Program-made: the position numbers and the translations under genes
Shown: one piece after another, positions 56,393-64,000 of the stretch
Layout: each line of letters opens with the position of its first letter
Numbering within the stretch: position 1 is the stretch's first letter
The notes under the pieces: generated by a model
Told to the model about the DNA's origin: nothing
Seen by the model: the letters and a program-made list of their open reading frames with translations, nothing else
Databases searched by the model: none
Source: Candidatus Latescibacterota bacterium
GTDB lineage: Bacteria; Latescibacterota; UBA2968; UBA8231
Reading direction: 5' to 3'
Assembly (NCBI GenBank): GCA_965204725.1
Contig: OZ242005.1
Span: forward strand, 4,288,001 to 4,352,000
Length of the DNA: 64,000 nucleotides

Positions 56393-56432
56393 GTGACGAA
56401 AGGACGAACAGCATGGCCACGGAGATTTGCAG

Positions 56433-57509
56433 ATGGCGGAATGTTTTAGAATAGCGGTCGTAGGCGTCGGCCGGATTGGCGCATTCCACGCCCGCCACGT
56501 CCAAGAACTGGCCAGCGAGCGGGGCGATTGTGCGTTGACCGCCGTGGTAGATGGCTATGGCGACCTAGCCGCCGAGGTTGCGGCGCAGCTACAGGCCGGC
56601 CAAGAAACGGCGATTGGCGTCTTCAAAGATGTAGAGGAACTGGTCGCGGCGAATGCCGCTGACGGCGCGTTTGTTGCCTCGCGCACTGAAAACCACTACC
56701 GCGACGCCCGGACTTTGATCGACGCAGGCTGGCGGATCTTGATGGAAAAGCCGCTGACGCACTCTCTGGCCACAGCGCGCGAGTTTGCCGCCTATCTAGA
56801 CGCCGACGCCTTTCGCCGCACGGCCCTGATGCAGGCTTTTATGCGCCGCTTCGACGCCCCGCTGTTGTGGGCCAAAGCCCTGTTGGACCGAGGCACTATC
56901 GGCACACCGTTCAAGATCGTCTCGATCCTCGAAGATCCAGTGCCGCCGCCCGACGGGTACAATAGCTCCGGCCTCCTCGCGGATATGGCGGTACACAATA
57001 TCGACGAGATTCTCTGGCTCGGCGGGCAGCGGCCCGAGCGGCTGGCTGGCTTTGGCAGCTTGCTTTACAACCAGCAGCACACGGACGTCAAAGAGGATTT
57101 CGACGACGCCCTCTTGCAGATGTACTTTCCCGACAACCTGATCGGCCAAGTGACCGTCAGCCGCAACCACGTGGCCGGGTATCGCAACGAGACTTGGGTT
57201 TACGCCACGGAGGGGTTGGTGCATGTGGGGGCCTTTGGTGCGGACTCGCTTGTGGTGGAAGCGGCGGCCTTGGGGCGGCGGGGCTACATTGAGCGGCGAG
57301 AATTTGCCCTGCGCGATTACGGAGCAGCGGTGCCGTTCTTTGTCGAACGCTTCGGATTGGCATACAAGGCCGAGTTAGGCCACTATATCGACCAGTGCCG
57401 TGAGGGAACGCCCTTTGCCGTTGATCACCGCGATGGGCTGACAGCGCTGGAGATTGCGCTGGTGGGAAGCGGGGCGTTACAGGGGCGCGAGGGCGGTGTC
57501 GCGGTTTGA
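56433..57509 (+). CDS. Gfo/Idh/MocA oxidoreductase (inositol 2-dehydrogenase-like)
   Basis: 'VVGVGRIG..H','MEKPL','F.RRFD','DM.VH..D','ERF..AY..E'. Confidence 0.88.
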   Translation: MAECFRIAVVGVGRIGAFHARHVQELASERGDCALTAVVDGYGDLAAEVAAQLQAGQETAIGVFKDVEELVAANAADGAFVASRTENHYRDARTLIDAGWRILMEKPLTHSLATAREFAAYLDADAFRRTALMQAFMRRFDAPLLWAKALLDRGTIGTPFKIVSILEDPVPPPDGYNSSGLLADMAVHNIDEILWLGGQRPERLAGFGSLLYNQQHTDVKEDFDDALLQMYFPDNLIGQVTVSRNHVAGYRNETWVYATEGLVHVGAFGADSLVVEAAALGRRGYIERREFALRDYGAAVPFFVERFGLAYKAELGHYIDQCREGTPFAVDHRDGLTALEIALVGSGALQGREGGVAV

Positions 57510-57647
57510 GCAGACCGCGCACTTTCGATTCATTCAGGATTGCCATAGCTTTTGCGAAAAATTGCCCATGTCCACTACCTATCGCCCCCACTGCCGCCGC
57601 GTCACTAGCTGCGGCAGATGGACGAGATTTGACCATAGGAGGTCGTT

Positions 57648-58088
57648 ATGGTACTAGCCTGCGCTTTATTTTTTTTTCTGCTAGATTTTTTTCTGCTTCT
57701 TTCCTCGCTTTCTTTGGGCTTGGATTTTGGATGGAAAGTAGAGCTTCCAGCCTATTTCTTCCTAATTCCCGCCCTAATTCCCGCTCTGTATTTCGGATGG
57801 AGCGCAGAAAAGAATCGCGAACGGCTGGAACAGCTAGCCGATCGGCTGCGCCTGCTCTACAAGGACGCCGGTCGGCCAGCCCTGCGGGTCCGCCGTCCTA
57901 GACGACTCCACTTTGAGACGCATCAGGCTCTCCGAGAATTGGAAAAGAGCCTGAGGACCTTGGAGCTCCACTACCAAATCTGGGACCGTCGGCAGCGCCA
58001 TCCCCGGGTGTTCATCGACGACCCCAAGCCCATCCTCGACAATATGAATCAACGCATCTCGCGGCTGGAAGAGGTTGCCGTCAAATAG
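57648..58088 (+). CDS. Hypothetical membrane protein (2 TM plus coiled coil)
   Basis: RBS AGGAGG; two hydrophobic N-terminal segments followed by heptad-like helices. Confidence 0.65.
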   Translation: MVLACALFFFLLDFFLLLSSLSLGLDFGWKVELPAYFFLIPALIPALYFGWSAEKNRERLEQLADRLRLLYKDAGRPALRVRRPRRLHFETHQALRELEKSLRTLELHYQIWDRRQRHPRVFIDDPKPILDNMNQRISRLEEVAVK

Positions 58089-58135
58089 AGGAGCCGTGCT
58101 CGCAGGGTTCCATCTGCCACGAATGCGCCCATGAC

Positions 58136-58203
58136 TTGACAGTCTGTGAAAAGTGTATATGTTGTCGTCAAATTGTTGTGAAAAATGACGATAGACTGGT
58201 CAA
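58136..58203 (+). promoter_or_regulatory. Promoter with repeats upstream of the AAA-DUF4143 gene
   Basis: TTGACA (58136-58141), 16 nt spacer, TATGTT; direct repeat TGTGAAAA x2; inverted repeat TCGTCA/TGACGA. Confidence 0.5.
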
Positions 58204-59355
58204 ATGACGGTTCCACGTATATTTGAACCCCCGAAAAAGAGCTTCTTTCTCTTAGGACCGCGCGGCGTTGGCAAAAGCACCTATCTGCGAATCGCTTTTC
58301 CCAAAGCACACGTCATCAACCTGCTCGCCGAGGATACATATCAGCGCCTGCTTGCAACGCCAGGGCTCCTGTCGGCCGAGCTGCGGGCTGTGCCCGGCGA
58401 CCGCTGGGTGGTTTTAGACGAAGTGCAGAGACTGCCGGCGCTGCTCAATGAAGTACACCGTTTTATCGAAGAAAAGGGGCTGCGCTTTGTTTTGTGCGGG
58501 TCGAGCGCGAGAAAACTCAGACAGGCAGGTGTCAACCTGCTCGCAGGACGCGCCCTGTATCGCGCGATGCACCCCTTTATTCCCGAGGAGTTGGGAGAAC
58601 GGTTCGCGCTCGACGACGCTTTGCAACACGGTTTGTTACCCATTGTATGGGATTCGGAGGACAGGGCAGAAACGCTCATTGCCTATACGCAAATGTATCT
58701 CAGAGAAGAGATTCAAGCCGAGGCTCTAGTACGCAACCTCCCGGGATTCGCACGCTTTCTGCCCGTTGCAGCCCTCTTTCACGGTCAGACCTTGAACGTG
58801 ATTAACATTGCCAGAGACGCTCAGGTTGCACGCACGACGGTGACGGGTTATCTGGCCATCCTAGAGGAGACGCTCCTCTGCTTTCGGCTTCCTGCTTATG
58901 AGACCCGATTGCGCGTCCGCGAACGCAAATTGCCCAAATGGTATTGGTGTGACCCCGGTATTGTACGAGCCATGAAAAAGGTCACGACGACGCCAACACC
59001 AGAGGAGCGCGGTGTCCTATTTGAGGGGCTGATTGCACAGTTGATTCGGTCGTACAAAGACTATCGCAACTTGTGTGACGAATGCTTTTATTGGGCAACC
59101 GTTGCACAGACCCAAACTGAGGTCGACTTCCTGCTCAAACGCGCCGGAGAATTTGTCGCCATTGAGGTCAAGTCCGGCGGCACATTTGCCGAATCTTGGT
59201 GCAAAGGACTGAGAGTGCTGGCCGGCTTAAAGGGTCTATGCCGACGCATTGTCGTCTATCCCGAAGGGCCTGCATTGCAAACGGCAGATGGCATTGAGGT
59301 CCTTCCATTCTCGCAATTCTCCAACCTGTTGGCCGCCGATGCACTGTGGCCATAA
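58204..59355 (+). CDS. AAA_14 ATPase with DUF4143 and C-terminal PD-(D/E)xK-like motif
   Basis: 'GPRGVGKST','LDEVQ','GSSARKL...NLLAGRA','K.Y..D.G','EVDFL...AIEVKS'. Confidence 0.92.
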   Translation: MTVPRIFEPPKKSFFLLGPRGVGKSTYLRIAFPKAHVINLLAEDTYQRLLATPGLLSAELRAVPGDRWVVLDEVQRLPALLNEVHRFIEEKGLRFVLCGSSARKLRQAGVNLLAGRALYRAMHPFIPEELGERFALDDALQHGLLPIVWDSEDRAETLIAYTQMYLREEIQAEALVRNLPGFARFLPVAALFHGQTLNVINIARDAQVARTTVTGYLAILEETLLCFRLPAYETRLRVRERKLPKWYWCDPGIVRAMKKVTTTPTPEERGVLFEGLIAQLIRSYKDYRNLCDECFYWATVAQTQTEVDFLLKRAGEFVAIEVKSGGTFAESWCKGLRVLAGLKGLCRRIVVYPEGPALQTADGIEVLPFSQFSNLLAADALWP

Positions 59356-59420
59356 ATGCCCTCGCACGACTTCGCCCAGCCTCTCTCGCGTCGCGCTGAC
59401 GACGATAAGGAGCACTTCTT

Positions 59421-59966
59421 ATGACCACGGAAATCAACCAAGCGTCCCTCGTGCTCGTGCAAGGGGATATTACAAGAGAACGCGTTGATGCGATTGCCAA
59501 TGCTGCTAACGAGCGCCTCATCGGCGGCGGGGGCGTTGACGGCGCCATTCACCGTGCTGGAGGACCGGCCATCGCGGTGGAATGCAGCGCAATCCGCGCC
59601 AAGCAAGGCGGTTGTCCCACCGGTCGAGCCGTGATCACGACGGGGGGCAATCTTCCCGCCAAGCACGTCATCCACACCGTGGGGCCGGTCTGGAGGGGTG
59701 GAACTGCCGGTGAACCCGAACAGCTTGCTAGCTGTTATCGAGAAAGTTTAGGACTCGCATTGGAGCACCGCATCAAGACGATTGCCTTCCCGTCCATCAG
59801 CACCGGCGTGTACGGTTATCCGGTCGCACAAGCGGCGACCATCGCGCTCAATGCGGTAAAGCAGTTCCTCGTAGAGCACGATGGTCTCGCTGAAGTGCGT
59901 TTCGTCCTCTTCGACGATGCGACGTACGACGCTTATGAGAATACCCTTGTGGGTATGAAAGTGTAA
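59421..59966 (+). CDS. ymdB: Macro-domain O-acetyl-ADP-ribose deacetylase / ADP-ribosyl hydrolase
   Basis: 'GDIT...DAIANAAN..L.GGGGVDGAIHRAGG','VIHTVGP','AFPSISTGVYGYP'. Confidence 0.93.
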   Translation: MTTEINQASLVLVQGDITRERVDAIANAANERLIGGGGVDGAIHRAGGPAIAVECSAIRAKQGGCPTGRAVITTGGNLPAKHVIHTVGPVWRGGTAGEPEQLASCYRESLGLALEHRIKTIAFPSISTGVYGYPVAQAATIALNAVKQFLVEHDGLAEVRFVLFDDATYDAYENTLVGMKV

Positions 59967-60058
59967 ATGGAAGTGGCAATCCCATGAGCGACTGCGGGAT
60001 CATCGTCAGCGGGATCAAATAGAGAAGGCGTGATACGAGCCTCTATTCACGGCTTGTC

Positions 60059-61309
60059 CTACTCCACCCTTCTCAACGTCCCGCCATCGCGCACGGCCTC
60101 GTAAATCTGGGCGAACTCGCGGCTGCCGTCGTCTTCGACGGGGAGGCATTCAGAGCCGCTTTCGCAGATGGGCATGGCGTCGCGGGGGTATTCGTTGTGG
60201 AGGGCCTGCTTGGAGCAGCCGTAGTAGGTGACTTCGCCGTTGGCGCGGGCGTAGCGATAGACGTGGCGAGGCGGATCGACCCAACTGTAATCCACCCGGT
60301 ATTGCTCTATGGCTTGGAGCTCAACCTCGACGCCGAGACCGGGCCGTTCCGGGACTCGGTAGTAGCCGCCGCGTAGCTCGATGGGGTCGGCCAACAGTTG
60401 GCTCTCCCAGATGTTCATGCAGGTAATGGCCGGCCACTTGCTCTGGGGACAGACCGCGCCCAAGTGAGCGGCCCACGTGGTGGTGATGCCCGTGCCGACG
60501 AGCTGGAGCCAGAAGGGCTTGTTGGCTACGTCTGCGACCGCGGATTGCTGCGCGATGCCGTGGGCCCCAGCGCAGACGACAAAGCCATCGGCGACGTCCT
60601 CTTGCAGGGTGGTGAGAATGGGCGGCGAGCCGTAGTGCATGGCCAGCGGGCGGCGGATGTGGTTGCGGATTTGGGCGTTGCCGGCGACATCGGCTTGGGG
60701 GATCGGCGTCTCAATCATGGCCACCTGCGGGTATTGCTCCAAGGTTGATAAAAACTCGACCGCGCTGGCGGCGTTGGCGAGCGTGCCGTTGAAGTCCAAG
60801 TCGAGCTTGAACTGCGGGGGAACGGCCGCGATGATAGCCTCGATACAGGCGTGCAGGTCGAACCAAGTCCGCGCCTTGAGCTTGGCGGTGGTATAGCCCT
60901 GCGCGACGGCGTCCGCGCATTGGCGCGCCCAGTCTGCGGGCGGCATGTCTATCGCCCACCACGACAGCGGGCACCACGTGCGGACCTTGGGGCCTAGAAG
61001 GCGGTAGGCCGGGGTGCCCAATGCTTTGCCTACTGCGTCGAAAAGTGCCTGCTGGACCCCAGCACCCAGCGCATCCTCCCACAACAAATCGCCAGCGGCG
61101 CGGCCGACAATGCGGTCTTCGATGTCCGCGGGGACTTTGGCCCACGTGTAATTGGGAATGGTTTCGCCCCAGCCTATGGTGCCGTCGGCGAGGGTGATTT
61201 TGCAGAGTTGGACAATGCGCCAATGCGGTAGCCAGTACTGGATATGCTGATTGGTGTGGTCGGTAAACGGAACATCCAAGTGGATGAGTTCGACGGATTG
61301 GACTTGCAT
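60059..61309 (-). CDS. Enolase superfamily (mandelate racemase/muconate lactonising-like) enzyme
   Basis: 'G.GE','ALFD..GK..G.P...LLG','KLKAR','LDFN','IETP','P..PGLGVE'; RBS AAAGGAG. Confidence 0.85.
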   Translation of the reverse strand: MQVQSVELIHLDVPFTDHTNQHIQYWLPHWRIVQLCKITLADGTIGWGETIPNYTWAKVPADIEDRIVGRAAGDLLWEDALGAGVQQALFDAVGKALGTPAYRLLGPKVRTWCPLSWWAIDMPPADWARQCADAVAQGYTTAKLKARTWFDLHACIEAIIAAVPPQFKLDLDFNGTLANAASAVEFLSTLEQYPQVAMIETPIPQADVAGNAQIRNHIRRPLAMHYGSPPILTTLQEDVADGFVVCAGAHGIAQQSAVADVANKPFWLQLVGTGITTTWAAHLGAVCPQSKWPAITCMNIWESQLLADPIELRGGYYRVPERPGLGVEVELQAIEQYRVDYSWVDPPRHVYRYARANGEVTYYGCSKQALHNEYPRDAMPICESGSECLPVEDDGSREFAQIYEAVRDGGTLRRVE

Positions 61310-61427
61310 GGGGAACTCCTTTGGGAAGCGATGGGGTGGGCTATATACGGCAGGCCAAGCTAGGTGTCAAGCTCTAAGCAGTTCTATGGAGAACGATGCG
61401 GAGCGTCAGTTGGGTTATATTGGGAAC

Positions 61428-63560
61428 ATGGAAATTCGCCAATTCGCCGAACAGGTGCTCTTCGGAACGCGCTGGGAAGACAAACTCATCGCCCTCGATC
61501 GCTACGAGGACCACGCGCCCGGTGCGGGGATTGAGACCCCCAGCGCCCCAGGCCGCCCGCCCGGCTTGGGGCTGGACGAGTGGCACCACCGGGAAAGGCT
61601 CCGCTTCCGCGACGTGCGCCACTTCCACAGCGAAAAGGAGCGCGGGCTGGTCTTGCACTTTTTTGCCAATCACGAGCTGCTCGCCTTGGAGCTGATGGCA
61701 CTGGCCCTGCTCAAATTTCCGCAGGCCCCGGAGAAGTTTCGCCGCGGCGTGGTGCAGACGCTCAAAGACGAGCAAGAGCATGTGCGGCTCTACCAGCAGC
61801 GGATGCAGGAGATTGGGGTGAGTTTCGGCGAAATCCCGGTCGGCGACTTTTTCTGGCAGGCCATCGGGCCGATGGAGACCCCGATGGACTTTGTAACCGG
61901 CTTGAGCCTGACCCTCGAACAAGCCAATCTCGACTACGCACGGCACTACGCCGAGACCTATCGGCAGTTGGGCGACCCAGAGACTGCGGCGATTCTGGAG
62001 CGGATCTATCGCGACGAAATCGGCCACGTCAAGCACGGATTGACGTGGTTTAGGCGCTGGCAGGAGGCCGGGCTGAGCGAATGGGAAGCCTATCGCCGGG
62101 CACTGCGCTTCCCGCTGGGACCAGCGCGGGCCAAAGGCATCGGCTTCAACCGCACGGGTCGGCTTAAGGCCGGGCTTTCCGCGGATTATATCGACGAACT
62201 GGAGCTGTTCTCGCAGTCGCGGGGACGCTGTCCGGCCGTGTACTGGTTCAATGCCAACTGCGAGGGGCAAGTCGCCTTGGGGCGGCCGGGTGTTACGCCG
62301 CCGCAGCGGGTGGCCGAGTTGGAGGCCGACTTCCAAGTGCTGCCCATGCTCCTGTGCGCCCGCGATGACGTGGTGCTCCTGCGCACAAAGCCCTCGCCGG
62401 CCTTTTTGCGACAGATGCAGGCGTTGGGCTTTGCGATTCCAGAGTTCGTCGAATGCAGCGCGGATGGCCTAGCGGCACTGGCCGAGCGCAAGGTCAACGC
62501 GCTCAGACCTTGGGGCTGGAGTCCAGACAGTGCCGAGTTGCTCGCGCCGTTGGGCGCGGGCTTACCTCGCGGTGGCGAAGGGCCTTGCTGGAGCGCGGCG
62601 ATTCGGTCGCTCTACGCCAAGTCGTGGAGCGCGGCGCGGCTGGGCGAATTCCTCGCAGCGCACGAGGCCGACTATTTCTGCGGGCCGGATGTGGTCGGCA
62701 CGGCTTGCGAGACGACGGAACAAGTCCTAGCGCAGATAGAGCGTTTGGCGGAGGCCGGTTTTGACGCGGTGGTCGTCAAGGCCATATACGGCTCTTCGGG
62801 CCGGGGTCAGATCCACTGCCGTGGAGGTCAGGTCCGCGCAGAGCAACGCGGCCGGCTGGCAAACATGTTGCGGCAGCAAGGCCAAGTCGTAGTAGAGCCG
62901 TGGCTCGACAAGGTGGTGGATCTGTCGCTGCACTTCGATGTGGGGGCGCAGGGTGCGGCGGTGGTGGCCGGCTGGACGCGGTTTCTCACCGCTGGGCGCG
63001 GGCAGTATCGCGGCTCGTTTGTCGGCTCGCTTACCGCTGGCCTCGACGAGGAGGTAAGGCGATTTCTCTACGGCGATGGCCGCGATCCACACCGCTTACC
63101 GCACTTGGGCGAGCAACTCGCCGAATGGCTCGCCGAGCCGTTGTGTGCGGCAGGTTATCAGGGGCCGGTTGGCGTGGATGCCATGGTGTACCGCGACCGC
63201 GACCGTCTGCGGCTAAAGCCGATTGTGGAGATCAACCCGCGCACGACGATGGGCCGGGTGGCACTCAAGCTGCGACAAGCGGTTAATTCGGCTCGCACGG
63301 CCCTGTGGCTGGTACTCAGCCATCGCGAGGTGGTAGCGGCTGGATTTGCTAGCTTGGCCGAATGCGCCGCTGCGCTAGAGGCCGCGCATCCGGCCCGGCT
63401 GATGCCCGATGGCAAGCAACTGAGCGGTGGGGTGCTTTTTACCACCGATCCGGCACAGGCCCGTTCTTTCGCCACCGCGCTGCTAGTCGGCGAATCGCTG
63501 GCCGAGTGCGAGGAGTACCTGCGAGAAGCGGGGTTGGTGCTCAAGTCGGGTGTGAACTGA
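61428..63560 (+). CDS. DUF455 ferritin-like diiron domain fused to an ATP-grasp domain
   Basis: 'FANHELLALELMA','DEQEH','LEQANLD','DEIGHV'; 'PWGWS','VVKAIYGSSGRG','VVEPW','GY.GPVGVDAM','VEINPRTTMG'. Confidence 0.85.
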   Translation: MEIRQFAEQVLFGTRWEDKLIALDRYEDHAPGAGIETPSAPGRPPGLGLDEWHHRERLRFRDVRHFHSEKERGLVLHFFANHELLALELMALALLKFPQAPEKFRRGVVQTLKDEQEHVRLYQQRMQEIGVSFGEIPVGDFFWQAIGPMETPMDFVTGLSLTLEQANLDYARHYAETYRQLGDPETAAILERIYRDEIGHVKHGLTWFRRWQEAGLSEWEAYRRALRFPLGPARAKGIGFNRTGRLKAGLSADYIDELELFSQSRGRCPAVYWFNANCEGQVALGRPGVTPPQRVAELEADFQVLPMLLCARDDVVLLRTKPSPAFLRQMQALGFAIPEFVECSADGLAALAERKVNALRPWGWSPDSAELLAPLGAGLPRGGEGPCWSAAIRSLYAKSWSAARLGEFLAAHEADYFCGPDVVGTACETTEQVLAQIERLAEAGFDAVVVKAIYGSSGRGQIHCRGGQVRAEQRGRLANMLRQQGQVVVEPWLDKVVDLSLHFDVGAQGAAVVAGWTRFLTAGRGQYRGSFVGSLTAGLDEEVRRFLYGDGRDPHRLPHLGEQLAEWLAEPLCAAGYQGPVGVDAMVYRDRDRLRLKPIVEINPRTTMGRVALKLRQAVNSARTALWLVLSHREVVAAGFASLAECAAALEAAHPARLMPDGKQLSGGVLFTTDPAQARSFATALLVGESLAECEEYLREAGLVLKSGVN

Positions 63561-63569
63561 GGTGTGCCC

Positions 63570-64000
63570 CTACTCGGCTCCGTCTAACAGGCGTCCAAAG
63601 GCTTCGAGGTTGGGCACCTGTATGGCCGCCCGATGCAACTGCTTGAGACGCTGCAAATCCTTGATGCCCCGGATGCGAGCGGCCAACGGCTCCGCCGCGC
63701 CGAGCGCAAAGCGAATCTCCAGCACATCGAGCAGAGCTTCAATGGCGCGTTCTCGCCCTCCTTGCTCGCGGGCTTGTTGGGTGAGGAGTTGGGCAAACGA
63801 TGATTCGCGGATAAGGTCCATGATTCCCTCCTGAGAAATAATAGCTGCAATGGTTTCGGGCGCGTATATCAACCCGCTGAGTACCGACAGGCCGCCGACC
63901 AAATTGCCCCGCGCCGGCTCCGCCAGCGGCAGTGCTTGAACCGCTTGTACGCATTGACTCAACCACATCAAAGTCGGCCATCCGTAGCTATGACCATCAA
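63570..64000 (-). CDS. C-terminal part of an Rpn-like (recombination-promoting nuclease/putative transposase) hypothetical protein; truncated by the window edge or degenerate
   Basis: 'IRESSFAQ.L......G......LLDVLEIRF......I..IKDLQRLKQLHRAAIQ...LEAF' tail typical of Rpn/DUF4351-like proteins; the frame is open to the window end. Confidence 0.6.
   Translation of the reverse strand, partial: DGHSYGWPTLMWLSQCVQAVQALPLAEPARGNLVGGLSVLSGLIYAPETIAAIISQEGIMDLIRESSFAQLLTQQAREQGGRERAIEALLDVLEIRFALGAAEPLAARIRGIKDLQRLKQLHRAAIQVPNLEAFGRLLDGAE

Noticed and set aside
60018-60047. Hairpin between the macro-domain and enolase genes as an integron attC site
   Set aside because: It lacks the RYYYAAC/GTTRRRY core sites and no integrase is present; a terminator-like hairpin between convergent genes is more likely
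63570-64000. Active transposable element at the right edge
   Set aside because: Only an Rpn-like C-terminal tail is visible, with no catalytic domain or terminal repeats inside the window

Overview
GC-rich bacterial chromosomal segment. The gene content (FlgD/CTD-tailed paralogues, a C-terminal 'TSVE..SWGRIK' tail, DUF6785-type transporter, PhyH, sulfatases, CRTAC1/ASPIC) suggests a Candidatus Latescibacterota/Poribacteria-like, possibly sponge-associated organism; this is an inference only. A tRNA-Sec gene (604-702) precedes a ~20 kb envelope locus of two convergent operons (741-10932 +, 10919-20929 -). The locus encodes three paralogous discoidin/FlgD-tail proteins, two CBM9/DOMON-like paralogues, a ~890-aa predicted Ca-binding outer-membrane beta-barrel, a catalytically degenerate parvulin lipoprotein, a 7-heme cytochrome c, a TPR protein and a CRTAC1 protein. 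This is the best candidate for an undescribed surface assembly/uptake system. It is followed by a low-GC SGNH/TPR gene, a catabolic operon (M20, PhyH, Ldh_2, DUF6785 transporter, beta-propeller hydrolase), gap, a DtxR/MntR regulator, ogt, MscS, Uma2 and rnd. Next come a sulfated-uronide catabolic cluster (MFS, two sulfatases, enolase-family dehydratase, GH88, lyase-like protein), a GT39-like transferase, modABC coupled to a nuclease-DinG/XPD helicase, and mtnP. The window ends with AAA-DUF4143 and macro-domain genes, a DUF455 ferritin-like/ATP-grasp fusion and an Rpn-like fragment. No CRISPR array, rRNA, integrase or intact transposase was seen. All family assignments come from motif recognition by eye, not database searches.
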